From Demequinaceae bacterium (GTDB lineage Bacteria > Actinomycetota > Actinomycetes > Actinomycetales > JAJYRW01), in assembly GCA_027322505.1 (NCBI GenBank), contig DAHVRJ010000002.1, forward strand, positions 1 to 50,771: a DNA stretch of 50,771 nucleotides, given 5' to 3'. Both the position numbers and the translations under genes were made by a program. Shown in pieces: positions 37,171-46,937 of this stretch. How positions within the stretch are numbered: position 1 is the first letter of the stretch; each line of letters begins with the position of its first letter. The notes below the pieces were generated by a model, which was given only the letters and a program-made list of their open reading frames with translations, had not been told where the DNA came from and did no database searches.

Positions 37171-38220
37171 TTAGAAGTCAACCGCGACCTCTTCTTCAGA
37201 CTTTTCGGCTTCGTCTTTCGCAGCCTCTCCGATGCCCAGTTTCTCTTTAATTTTCCGCTCGAGTTCATCAGCGAGTTCGGGATTATCGCGCAAGAAAGTG
37301 CGGGCGTTTTCCTTCCCCTGCCCGAGTTGGTCGCTGTCATAGGTGAACCAGGCACCAGATTTGCGAACGAGTCCGTGCTCGACACCCAAGTCGATCAGGC
37401 TGCCTTCCCGCGATATTCCTTGGCCATAGATGATGTCGAATTCGGCCTGTTTAAAGGGAGGAGCCATCTTATTTTTCACGATGCGGGCCCGCGTGCGGTT
37501 ACCCACCGGGGAGGTTCCTTCTTTGAGCGTTTCAATCCGTCGAACGTCGATGCGGACGGAGGAGTAAAACTTCAGCGCCTTACCCCCGGTAGTTGTCTCC
37601 GGACTTCCGAAGAAAACACCAATCTTTTCTCGCAACTGGTTAATAAAGATTGCGGTGGTTCCGGCAGCATTTAGCCCACCGGTGATCTTGCGCAGCGCCT
37701 GCGACATCAAGCGGGCCTGCAAACCGACGTGGCTATCGCCCATTTCGCCCTCGATCTCCGCCTTGGGAACCAGCGCAGCAACGGAGTCGATTACCACGAT
37801 GTCCAAAGCGCCGGAGCGGATGAGCATGTCCATAATTTCGAGCGCTTGTTCACCCGTGTCAGGCTGTGAAACCAAAAGAGAGTCGGTGTCAACACCAAGT
37901 TTCTTGGCATATTCCGGGTCTAGGGCGTGCTCAGCGTCAATGAACGCGGCCACACCACCGGCCCGCTGGGCGTTCGCTACGGCATGCAGAGCAACCGTGG
38001 TTTTACCCGAACTTTCTGGCCCATAAACTTCAACTATGCGCCCGCGCGGCAGGCCGCCAATCCCCAAAGCAACGTCTAACGCAATTGACCCGGTGGGGAC
38101 TACCTCAGTCATCACCCGCTGTTCATCGCCCAGACGCATAACCGAGCCTTTTCCAAATTGTCGATCAATTTGGGAAAGCGCAGTTTCAAGAGCCTTAGCG
38201 CGATCTGCCGGTACAGCCAT
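37171..38220 (-). CDS. recA: Recombinase RecA (no intein)
   Basis: [45 protein letters not shown]; start moved to ATG 38220 (RBS AGGTGG). Confidence 0.99.
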   Translation of the reverse strand: MAVPADRAKALETALSQIDRQFGKGSVMRLGDEQRVMTEVVPTGSIALDVALGIGGLPRGRIVEVYGPESSGKTTVALHAVANAQRAGGVAAFIDAEHALDPEYAKKLGVDTDSLLVSQPDTGEQALEIMDMLIRSGALDIVVIDSVAALVPKAEIEGEMGDSHVGLQARLMSQALRKITGGLNAAGTTAIFINQLREKIGVFFGSPETTTGGKALKFYSSVRIDVRRIETLKEGTSPVGNRTRARIVKNKMAPPFKQAEFDIIYGQGISREGSLIDLGVEHGLVRKSGAWFTYDSDQLGQGKENARTFLRDNPELADELERKIKEKLGIGEAAKDEAEKSEEEVAVDF

Positions 38221-38282
38221 TGGTTTCCACCTAACGTTGTTAAACGACGCCACATGTCGACGTCAATCAATTTTCATATCTG

Positions 38283-38305
38283 ACGCTACGGGAACCCTCT
38301 GACAA
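38283..38305 (-). promoter_or_regulatory. PafBC/RecA-NDp-type promoter of recA (P1-like)
   Basis: Minus strand tTGTCAG-agggttcccg-TAGCGT, an exact match to TGTCRG-N10-TAnnnT. Confidence 0.85.
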
Positions 38306-38361
38306 ATCGGGTTCAGCGACCTTGACGGTGGATTCCGCAGGTCGAGCGCACCTTGTTAACA

Positions 38362-38384
38362 ACACTAATCGTACAGGCGTTCGA
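38362..38384 (-). promoter_or_regulatory. LexA box and adjacent -10 of the distal recA promoter (P2-like)
   Basis: TCGTAC-aggc-GTTCGA at 38369-38384; TAGTGT on the minus strand at 38367-38362. Confidence 0.8.
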
Positions 38385-38441
38385 CTGATTCGGAAGGGTG
38401 ACGCGCCCAAGAAGACTTCACAAGTGTGCCCGCGGATACTT

Positions 38442-38666
38442 TCAGATATTGCGCTGCTGACGCACGGGCTTTCCCCAGCGCAGTTCTTCCGGTACGTCAG
38501 CGGCGTCGCACAGTGCAAACCAAACTTCTTTAGGGTCATAGCCCGCGGCTAGCGCCTGACGGGCGGTGCGATTGGAAAATTGGGAGAGCACGAAGTCGTT
38601 GGTCAAAGCGGCACCGCGCTCCCCCAATACTTCGGAGACGAGTCCCCAAAATTCGCTGTGTCGCAC
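38442..38666 (-). CDS. DUF3046-domain protein
   Basis: MRHSEFW.LV.EVLG, RTARQALAAGYDPKEVWFALCDA.DVP; conserved position upstream of recA. Confidence 0.9.
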   Translation of the reverse strand: MRHSEFWGLVSEVLGERGAALTNDFVLSQFSNRTARQALAAGYDPKEVWFALCDAADVPEELRWGKPVRQQRNI

Positions 38667-38689
38667 CAGTTTTAAAGACTAGGGGCGCT

Positions 38690-38995
38690 TTATCGCGCAC
38701 CCACCAGACCCTCATTTAATAGCTCCAGCTCGGGTGGAACTGTATCGGGGATCTGAACACCCTCGGCTACGGCAATCCGATCGCTTACCTCTCGCAATAC
38801 CAGGTAGAGCGGTACGTTTAGCGCACTGGAGATTGCAAACAGCAGTTCAGAGCTGGCTTCTTTTTGCCCCCGCTCTACCTCCGATAGGTAGCCCAGGGAA
38901 ACACGGGCGGCGGCTGAGACCTCGCGCAATGTGCGTCCCTGACGCTGCCGCATTGTGCGAAGAACATCACCGAGTTCGTGTCTGAGAAGAATCAC
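38690..38995 (-). CDS. clgR: XRE-family HTH regulator, ClgR-like
   Basis: [46 protein letters not shown]; follows cinA; GTG 38995 with RBS GGGAGGTG and -10 TATACT at 39034-39029. Confidence 0.85.
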   Translation of the reverse strand: MILLRHELGDVLRTMRQRQGRTLREVSAAARVSLGYLSEVERGQKEASSELLFAISSALNVPLYLVLREVSDRIAVAEGVQIPDTVPPELELLNEGLVGAR

Positions 38996-39212
38996 TTTGC
39001 CACCTCCCTGTTCCCGCTGGAAATTTTCAGTATACGCGTGTTGCGGTCCTGCGGTATTTGGCCGCACTCTACCGTAACCGTACCCGGCGGTTTTCCGTGC
39101 GTGCCGGGAGCCGGCGCCTTGGTGCGGGATCGTCCGCTGATGTGCCGATTTTTGCTCCACTATATTTTGCTTCACATTCAGGTAAACGCGACAACTTCAT
39201 GATTTGTTCCCG

Positions 39213-39701
39213 CTACCAATTATCTAGCTCTAAAGCGAGCAGTTCTACTGCCAATTCGGCTGTTTCCTGTCTTACTTCGCCGCGTTCCCCACTTAGTATG
39301 TGCTTTTCGATTTGGATGATCTCTTCTGATTCCGGCTTGCCTACTAGGGCAATGAAGACCGTTCCGGCCTGCTGCCCCTCGTGGGGGCCGGGGCCCGCAA
39401 CGCCGGTGATGGCAACCGCCCACGTGGATCCGAAAAGTTCGCGGGCGCCGCGAGCCATTGCAAGTGCGGTTTGTTTACTTACCGTCCCATGTTCCGAAAC
39501 TACGTCTTCCGGAACGCCAAGGACCTGGAATTTAGTGTGCGTTGCATATGTCGTCACGCCGCCGTAGACCACTTCAGATGCACCGGTGGGAGTCACAAGA
39601 GCGGAAATGAGCAGTCCCCCGGTGAGTGATTCCGCACACGAGACACTCTGAGAGTTGCGCACGAGCGTCTGGATGAGAGACGTCGTCCTTAATTGGCTCA
39701 T
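39213..39701 (-). CDS. cinA: CinA C-terminal/PncC-family protein (NMN deamidase-like)
   Basis: AESLTGG, GASEV, TYA...K, A.AMARGAR, ITGVAGP, GTVFIA; TAATG overlap with the pgsA stop. Confidence 0.9.
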   Translation of the reverse strand: MSQLRTTSLIQTLVRNSQSVSCAESLTGGLLISALVTPTGASEVVYGGVTTYATHTKFQVLGVPEDVVSEHGTVSKQTALAMARGARELFGSTWAVAITGVAGPGPHEGQQAGTVFIALVGKPESEEIIQIEKHILSGERGEVRQETAELAVELLALELDNW

Positions 39702-40291
39702 TAATGGCTCCGCACTAAGATCGCGGCGCGGTAAACGTAATGCAGACCGGTTCCAAGGGTAAGAACCAGAGCCAGTGCCATGGTGATGTGTGCCAGCCAC
39801 GGCAACCAGTCGACTATGTACTCCAGGGGCAGTATGTAGAGCCCGATCGCGACGACCTGGACCACGGTTTTTAACTTCCCGCCCCGCGAGGCCGGCATCA
39901 CACCGCGCCGCACAATGAGCAGCCGCAGCGCCGTAATTCCCAGCTCGCGGACTAAAATTACGATCGTGACCCACCAGGGCAGGTAATCAAGAAGACTCAG
40001 GCCAATAAGTGCGGTGCCGATAAGCGCCTTATCGGCGATGGGGTCAACTATTTTGCCGAAATTGGTGACCAGACCGCGATTGCGCGCCAACTGCCCGTCA
40101 TAGCGGTCCGTGATCGCCGCTGTCGCGAAGGCCAGCGCCGCAATAAGACGCCAGGTAATTGATTTGCCATCATGGGCGAATAGGGCCACCGCGAAGACCG
40201 GCACCAGCGCGACGCGCACCATGGTTAAGACGTTGGCGATGTTCAGTAACGGAACCTCGCGCGCCTGCGCACTGGGTGTTTGGTCAACCAC
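39701..40291 (-). CDS. pgsA: CDP-diacylglycerol--glycerol-3-phosphate 3-phosphatidyltransferase
   Basis: NIANVLTMVR, TDRYDGQLAR, FGKIVDPIADK, RELGIT, ASRGGKLKT; start tentatively GTG 40291 (-10 TAGGGT 7 nt upstream). Confidence 0.93.
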   Translation of the reverse strand: MVDQTPSAQAREVPLLNIANVLTMVRVALVPVFAVALFAHDGKSITWRLIAALAFATAAITDRYDGQLARNRGLVTNFGKIVDPIADKALIGTALIGLSLLDYLPWWVTIVILVRELGITALRLLIVRRGVMPASRGGKLKTVVQVVAIGLYILPLEYIVDWLPWLAHITMALALVLTLGTGLHYVYRAAILVRSH

Positions 40292-40342
40292 GTCATCCAC
40301 CCTACGCACTACGGGAAACATTTCAGCGATACGCTCGCTCCT

Positions 40343-41677
40343 GTGCATGCCCATCGCGCCCCTCAGCCACGGAGAAACACGCCTGGGCGCCTGCGACTTT
40401 TCATTGCGGGCATCCTGTCGGCTCTGCTCGGTGCAGGACTGGCACTGGGAGTAAACAGCAATGTTTCCAACCTAAATGGCGGGGGTCAAAACGCTGCCGA
40501 TGGGCAGTATGGCTCCAATCCTACTCCGGTCCCACCAACGCAAGCCCCGCCCCCGGAGCCCGAGCCCGAACCGGAACCTGAACCGGCCGACATCACGATT
40601 GCCGCAGCCGGCGATATCTTGACCCATATGCCGGTGCTCCGCTCCGCGCGGGTTAATGGAGGCTATGACCTAAATGCGCTGTGGCACCGGTTAGATCCCT
40701 GGGTGCAGGGGGCGGATCTAGCGCTGTGTCATTTAGAAGTTCCCATCGCTCCGGCGGGCACCGCACCCAGCGGGTACCCGAAGTTTGGAGCGCACTCCAC
40801 CCTGGCTGAAGATGTGGCAAAACAAGGGTGGAATGGGTGTTCCACCGCCTCCAATCACAGTGTTGATCGCGGCTTTGCCGGAATTGAAACTACCCTTGAT
40901 GCCCTCGAAGATGTCGGGCTGGGCGCAATGGGCACCGCTCGGACGCTAGAAGAAGCGCGCCAGGTGCAAATCTACGAGTTGGAGCGGGCCGAACGCACCG
41001 TGCAAATTGCTCACCTGTCGGCCACTTACGGGCTCAATGGCTTGCCCAAGCCCGAAGGAAAACCGTGGGCTGTGGAGGTTTTTGATGCGGAAGTGCCGGA
41101 TGTCTCTGAACTGATCGAGCAGGCAAAAACTGCTCGAGATGATGGTGCGGACCTCGTTGTGGCCTCAATTCACTGCTGTATTGAGTACCAAACCGCGCCC
41201 ACGGCCGCACAAAGAGTGCTGATGCAAGAAATCGCTGATTCGGCAGCCATCGATCTGGTCATTGGCCACCACGCACACGTGCCGCAACCGATCACAATGC
41301 TCGAAGGCGGCCCCGATGGCGCTGGAATGTGGGTGGCTTATGGGCTGGGTAATTACGTATCAAATCAGTCGGCGCAGTGCTGCGTTCCGGAAACCTCAAA
41401 CGGTGTGTTGATGTTTGCCACTGCACACGTGCCCGCGACCGGGCCGGTGCGGGTAACCGGAATTGAATGGACCGCATTAACCGTGGATCGGCTCGGCGGC
41501 CATCAAATTTACCCCCTCAGGGCCGAAGCCCAAGGGGTGGGCCAGTTAACCGCGGCCCAGATGCAAGATCGCTATGAAAGAGTTCGAAGCGCCGTCGACT
41601 TGGACGCCGCCGAGCTACTTACACCGCCCCAAACCAGCGGGCCCCGAGCCGAAGTGATTCCGCGCTTTAAGTCATAG
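40343..41677 (+). CDS. CapA-family (PGA_cap) metallophosphoesterase-like membrane-anchored protein
   Basis: N-terminal TM, PEPEPEPEP linker, AAGDILTH, CHLE, GYP.F, ASNHSVDRG, SIHCCIEY, IGHHAHVPQP, YGLGNY; -10 TACGCT 7 nt before GTG 40343. Confidence 0.88.
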   Translation: MHAHRAPQPRRNTPGRLRLFIAGILSALLGAGLALGVNSNVSNLNGGGQNAADGQYGSNPTPVPPTQAPPPEPEPEPEPEPADITIAAAGDILTHMPVLRSARVNGGYDLNALWHRLDPWVQGADLALCHLEVPIAPAGTAPSGYPKFGAHSTLAEDVAKQGWNGCSTASNHSVDRGFAGIETTLDALEDVGLGAMGTARTLEEARQVQIYELERAERTVQIAHLSATYGLNGLPKPEGKPWAVEVFDAEVPDVSELIEQAKTARDDGADLVVASIHCCIEYQTAPTAAQRVLMQEIADSAAIDLVIGHHAHVPQPITMLEGGPDGAGMWVAYGLGNYVSNQSAQCCVPETSNGVLMFATAHVPATGPVRVTGIEWTALTVDRLGGHQIYPLRAEAQGVGQLTAAQMQDRYERVRSAVDLDAAELLTPPQTSGPRAEVIPRFKS

Positions 41678-41725
41678 CGGGTGCTTGCGCCCGCCCGGTG
41701 TTTCGCTGCCCGCTGGGTTTTTAAA

Positions 41726-41761
41726 TCGCGCTACTCGTTGCCTTCGCGCTACTCATTGTCT
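41726..41761. repeat. 18-bp tandem duplication spanning the ftsK stop codon
   Basis: tcgcgctactcgttgcct / tcgcgctactcattgtct; minus strand reads EDNE*-R-EGNE*-R. Confidence 0.75.
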
Positions 41762-44445
41762 TCAGGCATCGCAGCCTCGTGTGACAATTCACTTTCTTGA
41801 GCGGGGTTCGCGCTTTGCCACTGCGCGGTGCCCTGCGCCGGGGCCGAAGTTTCACTTGCGGCATCATCGTAGACGTCTTCGGCAGAACTGGGTGGGTCTT
41901 CCCCGCGCAACAGCGCCAAAGTTGCGGCCAAATCGTCCTGGCCCACCAGCACGTCGCGGGCTTTTGACCCCTCAGATGGCCCAACAATTTCGCGCGATTC
42001 CAAAAGGTCCATCATGCGACCGGCTTTCGCAAAACCAATGCGGAGTTTGCGCTGCAGCATTGAAGTCGAACCGAACTGGCTGCTGATCACCAGTTCGGCG
42101 GCTTGCAGCAGAACATCGAGGTCCTCGCCGATGTCTTCATCAATTTGCCGTTTGGGCGCTGCGACGGTGACATCTTCGCGATACTCCGGTTTCAACTGCT
42201 GCTTCACATGTTCGACAACCTCGTGGATTTCACTCTCCGCCACCCAGGCGCCCTGGACGCGCATCGGTTTTGAGGCACCCATCGGCAAAAACAGGGCATC
42301 GCCCTGGCCGATGAGTTTTTCGGCGCCCGGCTGATCCAAAATAACTTTCGAGTCCGTCTGCGAAGACGTGGCAAAAGCGAGGCGGCTGGGAACGTTCGCC
42401 TTGATCAGCCCGGTCACCACATCGACCGAGGGGCGCTGTGTTGCCAGTACCAAGTGAATGCCGGCGGCTCGTGCTAATTGCGTGATGCGCTGAATAGAAG
42501 CCTCCACATCGCGCGGGGCAACCATCATCAGGTCAGCAAGCTCATCAACCACCACCATCAAATAGGGGTAGGGCGCAATTTTGCGCTTGGAGCCGGGCAG
42601 CGGTTCCACCTTGCCGGCGCACACCGCCTTATTGAAGTCATCAATGTGCTTATAGCCAAAAGTCGCCAGGTCGTCATAGCGCTGATCCATCTCGCGCACC
42701 ACCCACTCCAAGGCCTCAGCTGCCTTTTTGGGATTGGTGATGATTGGGGTGATCAGATGCGGAATGCCCTCATAAATCGTCAGTTCAACCCGCTTAGGAT
42801 CAACCAAAATCAACCGCACCTCATCCGGCGTGGCGCGCATCATGATCGAGGTAATTAAGGAGTTGACAAAGCTGGACTTACCCGAGCCGGTCGCGCCGGC
42901 CACCAGCAAGTGCGGCATTTTGGAAATATTGGCTATAACGTAGCCGCCCTCGACGTCCTTGCCGATGCCGGAAGTGAGCGGATGCTTGCTGCGCCGGGCA
43001 GTATCAGAACGCAGGACGTCACCCAGTGCTACGGTTTCGCGATCCGAATTCGGGATTTCAATTCCAATCGCGCTGCGACCCGGGATCGGTGACAAAATGC
43101 GCACTTCGGCGCTGGCGACCGCATAAGAAATGTTCTTGCTCAGGGCCGTTACTCGCTGCACCCGCACGCCGGGTCCCAGTTCCACTTCATACCGCGTGAC
43201 CGTGGGGCCGCGCGTGAAACCCGAAACCTCCGCATCCACCCCGAACTCGGAGAGCACATTGGTCAAAGCCGCCACTACCCGGTCGTTGGCTGCGGAGCGA
43301 GTCTTATGGGGCAGTCCGTGCACCAATAGGTCATCGGCCGGAAGCGTGTACGTGATGTGCTCTGAAAGTAGTAACTGTTCACTGCGCTCGGGCAACGGCG
43401 CTGTGGGTGGGGCGGCTAGAGCCTCCGTGCTCCCATCTGCGGCAGCTTCGGCGCCGCCAACTGGGCTTCCAGCCGCGGCAGCCTCGGACTCTTCCCGCTC
43501 CATGGCACTGGCGAAAGCCTCATCGCCGACGTACCCGTCGAGGGTTTCGGTGGCCCGGTCATCTCCGGCCTTAGCGCCCGAACCAGCACTGGCATGCGGA
43601 TGGGTTTGCCCGCTGACATCAGCAGCTGCATCGGTTTGATCGACGCCGGCGCCAAAGCGCCCCGTTGCCAAGCCCGGATCAACCTCTTCGCGCCCCATCA
43701 GTGCCTTGATGCGCGGAATTATGGATTTAATTGGCGTGGCCGTGACCACCAAGATTCCAAAAAATGCGAGCATCACCAGGAGCGGGACGCTCAGCCACGT
43801 GGTGAAACCGGCTGCCAGCGGCGCGGCAATGACATAGCCGAGCAAACCACCAGCGCTGGCCAGCGCCGCAATGCCCGCCCCGGGGGCCGGGATGTCCATG
43901 GCGGTATGAATCAGTGAAATCACTGCCAGCGTGATGGCAATGAGGCCAATGGTTTCGCGACCATAGTCCTTAGTGCGGCTGGGATGGCGCATGATTCGCA
44001 CGGCCATCACAACAACTATTACTGGGACAACCTTGGCCGCTAGTCCCAGTAGACCCGCGATCGCAAAGTGCACGGCATTGCCCACCGCGCCGGAAAGTCC
44101 AAACCACTCACTGGCTGCAATCACCAGCGCCAAGGCGATGAGAAGCAGCCCCAGGCCATCGCGGCGCAGTTCCGGGTCCAAATCACGAGCGCCGCGCCCA
44201 ATGAGGCGCGCGATGCCGCCGACCAGGTGTGCTACGCCCATCCAGATGGCGCGCAAAAAACGCAGCGGCCAGGCCAGCTTTTTCTCTTCAGCGTCAGCTT
44301 CCGGTTCCGCTCCGGCCTTTGGTGTTTTGGTAGCGGCCTTGGAACTGGCAGCGTTGGAGGCGTTTTTCGAAGCCCGTCCGCTGGAGCGGGGTGAAGCCGC
44401 GGCGGTTGTCTTCCGGCCGCGGCGCGATGTTGAGCGAGTAGACAT
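41749..44445 (-). CDS. ftsK: DNA translocase FtsK
   Basis: 4-TM N-terminus, [47 protein letters not shown], gamma domain [18 protein letters not shown]. Confidence 0.96.
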   Translation of the reverse strand: MSTRSTSRRGRKTTAAASPRSSGRASKNASNAASSKAATKTPKAGAEPEADAEEKKLAWPLRFLRAIWMGVAHLVGGIARLIGRGARDLDPELRRDGLGLLLIALALVIAASEWFGLSGAVGNAVHFAIAGLLGLAAKVVPVIVVVMAVRIMRHPSRTKDYGRETIGLIAITLAVISLIHTAMDIPAPGAGIAALASAGGLLGYVIAAPLAAGFTTWLSVPLLVMLAFFGILVVTATPIKSIIPRIKALMGREEVDPGLATGRFGAGVDQTDAAADVSGQTHPHASAGSGAKAGDDRATETLDGYVGDEAFASAMEREESEAAAAGSPVGGAEAAADGSTEALAAPPTAPLPERSEQLLLSEHITYTLPADDLLVHGLPHKTRSAANDRVVAALTNVLSEFGVDAEVSGFTRGPTVTRYEVELGPGVRVQRVTALSKNISYAVASAEVRILSPIPGRSAIGIEIPNSDRETVALGDVLRSDTARRSKHPLTSGIGKDVEGGYVIANISKMPHLLVAGATGSGKSSFVNSLITSIMMRATPDEVRLILVDPKRVELTIYEGIPHLITPIITNPKKAAEALEWVVREMDQRYDDLATFGYKHIDDFNKAVCAGKVEPLPGSKRKIAPYPYLMVVVDELADLMMVAPRDVEASIQRITQLARAAGIHLVLATQRPSVDVVTGLIKANVPSRLAFATSSQTDSKVILDQPGAEKLIGQGDALFLPMGASKPMRVQGAWVAESEIHEVVEHVKQQLKPEYREDVTVAAPKRQIDEDIGEDLDVLLQAAELVISSQFGSTSMLQRKLRIGFAKAGRMMDLLESREIVGPSEGSKARDVLVGQDDLAATLALLRGEDPPSSAEDVYDDAASETSAPAQGTAQWQSANPAQESELSHEAAMPEDNE

Positions 44446-44491
44446 ATTGCCTATAACGGTAGCGCTGTTATTGGGCGTTGGCGTCCAGGCC

Positions 44492-44567
44492 TACCGCGCG
44501 TGTTCGCTGTAGCACAAGACCGGGAGTTCGCTCTCGCGCCGTACCGCGGGTTCGCTGTATCGCCGTA
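44492..44567. repeat. Three degenerate 24-bp-period repeats between dapA and ftsK
   Basis: GTTCGCT at 44502, 44526 and 44550, each preceded by ACCG; agaccgggagttcgctctcgcgcc / gtaccgcgggttcgctgtatcgcc. Confidence 0.7.
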
Positions 44568-44584
44568 ATCAGCAGCAACAGGAC

Positions 44585-45499
44585 CTACGCAGCGATACCG
44601 GCGTCGTCCAAAATTTTCTGAATCTCTTCCACCTGCGCGACGGTCGCTTCAACAAGTGGAAGCCGCACCGCTCGATGCGCGATAACGCCTAAAATTTGGG
44701 CGGCAGCCTTCGCAGCCACGGCCCACGGCAAGTCCGGATTAATGGCCTCGATGAAGGGGGCCATTTCGGTAAATGCCGCGCGCGCTTTACCCATATCTCC
44801 GGCGTCTACCGCATCAACCATCGTGCGCAGTTGCCGCCCATAAGCGTGACCGGCCACCGAGACCATGCCCGAAGCGCCCATGGCCAAGAACGGAAGGTTT
44901 AAGCCGTCATCGCCCGAGTACCAGGCCATGCCGGTGCGCTGCATCAGCCGGGTGCCGCTAAACACATCGCCCGTGGCGTCCTTCATCGCTACGATCCGCT
45001 CGTGCTGCGCCAGCCGCTCCACCGTGGCGTCGTTGAGTTTCAGCGAGGTGCGCCCGGGGATGTCGTAGAGCATCACGGGTAACTCGGTCGCATCTGCCAC
45101 AGCCGTGATGTGCTGGTAGACGCCCTCTTGAGACGGCTTGGAGTAATAGGGGGTGACCACGAGCAAGCCTTGGGCTCCGGCAGTTTCGGCATCGCGCGCC
45201 ATGCGGACGGTGTGCGCGGTGTCATTTGAACCGGCGCCGGCAATCACCTGGGCCCGATCCCCCACTTCGGCAACGACGGCTCGAATTAAATCGATCTTGT
45301 CCGGCGAGTGCGTCGTGGGAGATTCGCCGGTGGTGCCCGACAGGATGATCCCGTCATTCCCGCAGTCGACCAGGTGGGCGGCCAGTTGCCGTGCCGATTG
45401 AAAATCAACCGCCCCGCTGGGCAGCATCGGGGTGGCCATGGCGGTTAGAACGGCGCCGAAGGGACGGCGCGGTTGCGAAGTGGCGATTGGTGCAGACAT
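44585..45499 (-). CDS. dapA: 4-hydroxy-tetrahydrodipicolinate synthase
   Basis: TAMATP, GTTGESPT, VTPYYSKPSQEG, LYDIPGRT, MKDATGD, YSGDD; start moved to ATG 45499 (-10 TAGTTT 7 nt upstream). Confidence 0.96.
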   Translation of the reverse strand: MSAPIATSQPRRPFGAVLTAMATPMLPSGAVDFQSARQLAAHLVDCGNDGIILSGTTGESPTTHSPDKIDLIRAVVAEVGDRAQVIAGAGSNDTAHTVRMARDAETAGAQGLLVVTPYYSKPSQEGVYQHITAVADATELPVMLYDIPGRTSLKLNDATVERLAQHERIVAMKDATGDVFSGTRLMQRTGMAWYSGDDGLNLPFLAMGASGMVSVAGHAYGRQLRTMVDAVDAGDMGKARAAFTEMAPFIEAINPDLPWAVAAKAAAQILGVIAHRAVRLPLVEATVAQVEEIQKILDDAGIAA

Positions 45500-45509
45500 A
45501 TAACTCAAA

Positions 45510-46022
45510 CTACCGCTCATTGACGCCGATTCGAGCGTACGACTCGAACCGATATTGAATACTGCTGTGTGACACGTGCCACCCTAGTTCAGGGTCTTGG
45601 CCAACACGCTCCCACTGGGGCCCCAGCGTCGCAATGAAGGCGTCACCTTCCAGCTCGGGTAAGTTCACCCGCGTGACCTCGCAGGTTTGCGCCAGGGGAA
45701 GAAATTGCTCATAAACGCCACTTCCGCCAAGAACCCACGTTTCGACATCGCCGACCAATTCCAGCGCCGCATCCACGCTTGTCGCGGTTTCCGCCCCTTC
45801 TTGCGACCAGGCGGTATTGCGCGTCAAAACTATGTTGCGCCGCCCCGGCAGGGGCCGGAACCGCTCGGGCAAAGAATCCCAGGTCGCCCGGCCCATGATC
45901 ACCGGTTTTCCCCGGGTAATTTGCCGAAACCGGGCTAGATCTTCAGGAATATGCCACGGGAGGGCTCCGTCTTTACCGATGACACCGCGGTCGTTTTGCG
46001 CCCAAATTAGGTGGATGCTCAT
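45510..46022 (-). CDS. folA: Dihydrofolate reductase
   Basis: [49 protein letters not shown]; 4-bp overlap with thyA. Confidence 0.95.
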   Translation of the reverse strand: MSIHLIWAQNDRGVIGKDGALPWHIPEDLARFRQITRGKPVIMGRATWDSLPERFRPLPGRRNIVLTRNTAWSQEGAETATSVDAALELVGDVETWVLGGSGVYEQFLPLAQTCEVTRVNLPELEGDAFIATLGPQWERVGQDPELGWHVSHSSIQYRFESYARIGVNER

Positions 46023-46825
46023 ACGGCTATGGGCGCCTTAATCGTTGGGTGGTGCTGATAATCGAGGATTTCAACGTCTTGTGGCTCGTATTCAAAGAGG
46101 CTGGGCGCCTTGCGCAGTTTTAGTTGTGGGTAGGGATAGGGCTCACGCGATAACTGCTCTTCGACCTGCTCGAAGTGATTGTTGTAGATGTGGACGTCCC
46201 CGCCAGTCCAAATGAATTCGCCCACCTCAAGGCCCACCTGCTGGGCAACCATGTGCGTCAAAAGCGCGTAGCTTGCGATGTTGAAGGGCACACCTAAAAA
46301 CAGGTCCGCTGAGCGCTGATAAAGCTGGCAAGACAGTTTGCCGTCCGCCACATAAAACTGGAAGAGCGCGTGGCAGGGAGCGAGCGCCATCGCCGGGATA
46401 TCAGCCACATTCCAAGCCGAAACAATCAGGCGCCGCGAGTCTGGATTGCTTCGGATCTCATCTAAAATCTGCGATATTTGGTCGATGTGTCGCCCATCGG
46501 GCGCGGGCCATGAGCGCCACTGCACACCATAAATGGGGCCGAGGTCGCCCTCGGGGCTGGCCCACTCATCCCAAATACTCACATTGCGCTCCTGCAACCA
46601 GCGCACCGAGGAATCACCGCGCAAAAACCACAGCAACTCCACAATTATTGAGCGCAAATGGACTCGCTTCGTCGTAATTAAGGGAAAACCCTGCGCCAGA
46701 TCGAAGCGCATCTGGTGCCCAAAGACGCTGCGCGTACCCACCCCCGTGCGATCAGATTTAGCCGTGCCCGTCTCCATCACGTGACGCAGCAGATCTTCAT
46801 AGGGAGTCTTAATACGCGAGGCCAT
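46019..46825 (-). CDS. thyA: Thymidylate synthase
   Basis: [59 protein letters not shown]; start moved to ATG 46825. Confidence 0.98.
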   Translation of the reverse strand: MASRIKTPYEDLLRHVMETGTAKSDRTGVGTRSVFGHQMRFDLAQGFPLITTKRVHLRSIIVELLWFLRGDSSVRWLQERNVSIWDEWASPEGDLGPIYGVQWRSWPAPDGRHIDQISQILDEIRSNPDSRRLIVSAWNVADIPAMALAPCHALFQFYVADGKLSCQLYQRSADLFLGVPFNIASYALLTHMVAQQVGLEVGEFIWTGGDVHIYNNHFEQVEEQLSREPYPYPQLKLRKAPSLFEYEPQDVEILDYQHHPTIKAPIAV

Positions 46826-46832
46826 AGTGCAC

Positions 46833-46854
46833 ATCGTAACCATTGGCACTGACA
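46833..46854 (-). promoter_or_regulatory. PafBC/RecA-NDp-type promoter in leaderless position on thyA
   Basis: Minus strand TGTCAG-tgccaatggt-TACGAT, then 7 nt to ATG 46825. Confidence 0.65.
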
Positions 46855-46937
46855 CTGGGGGTGATTCGACGCGCACTTTGGCTAGTTAAGGCGCGCCTAA
46901 TCTCCCACCGCTTGGCCTTTCGTGATTCGATGGGCGG

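Noticed and set aside
37171-38220. Inteins in recA (and nrdJ)
   Set aside because: Both proteins have normal length and continuous motifs.
39702-39974. Long N-terminal extension of CinA in the ORF track
   Set aside because: It is an alternative frame of pgsA; the real start is the TAATG-coupled ATG at 39701.
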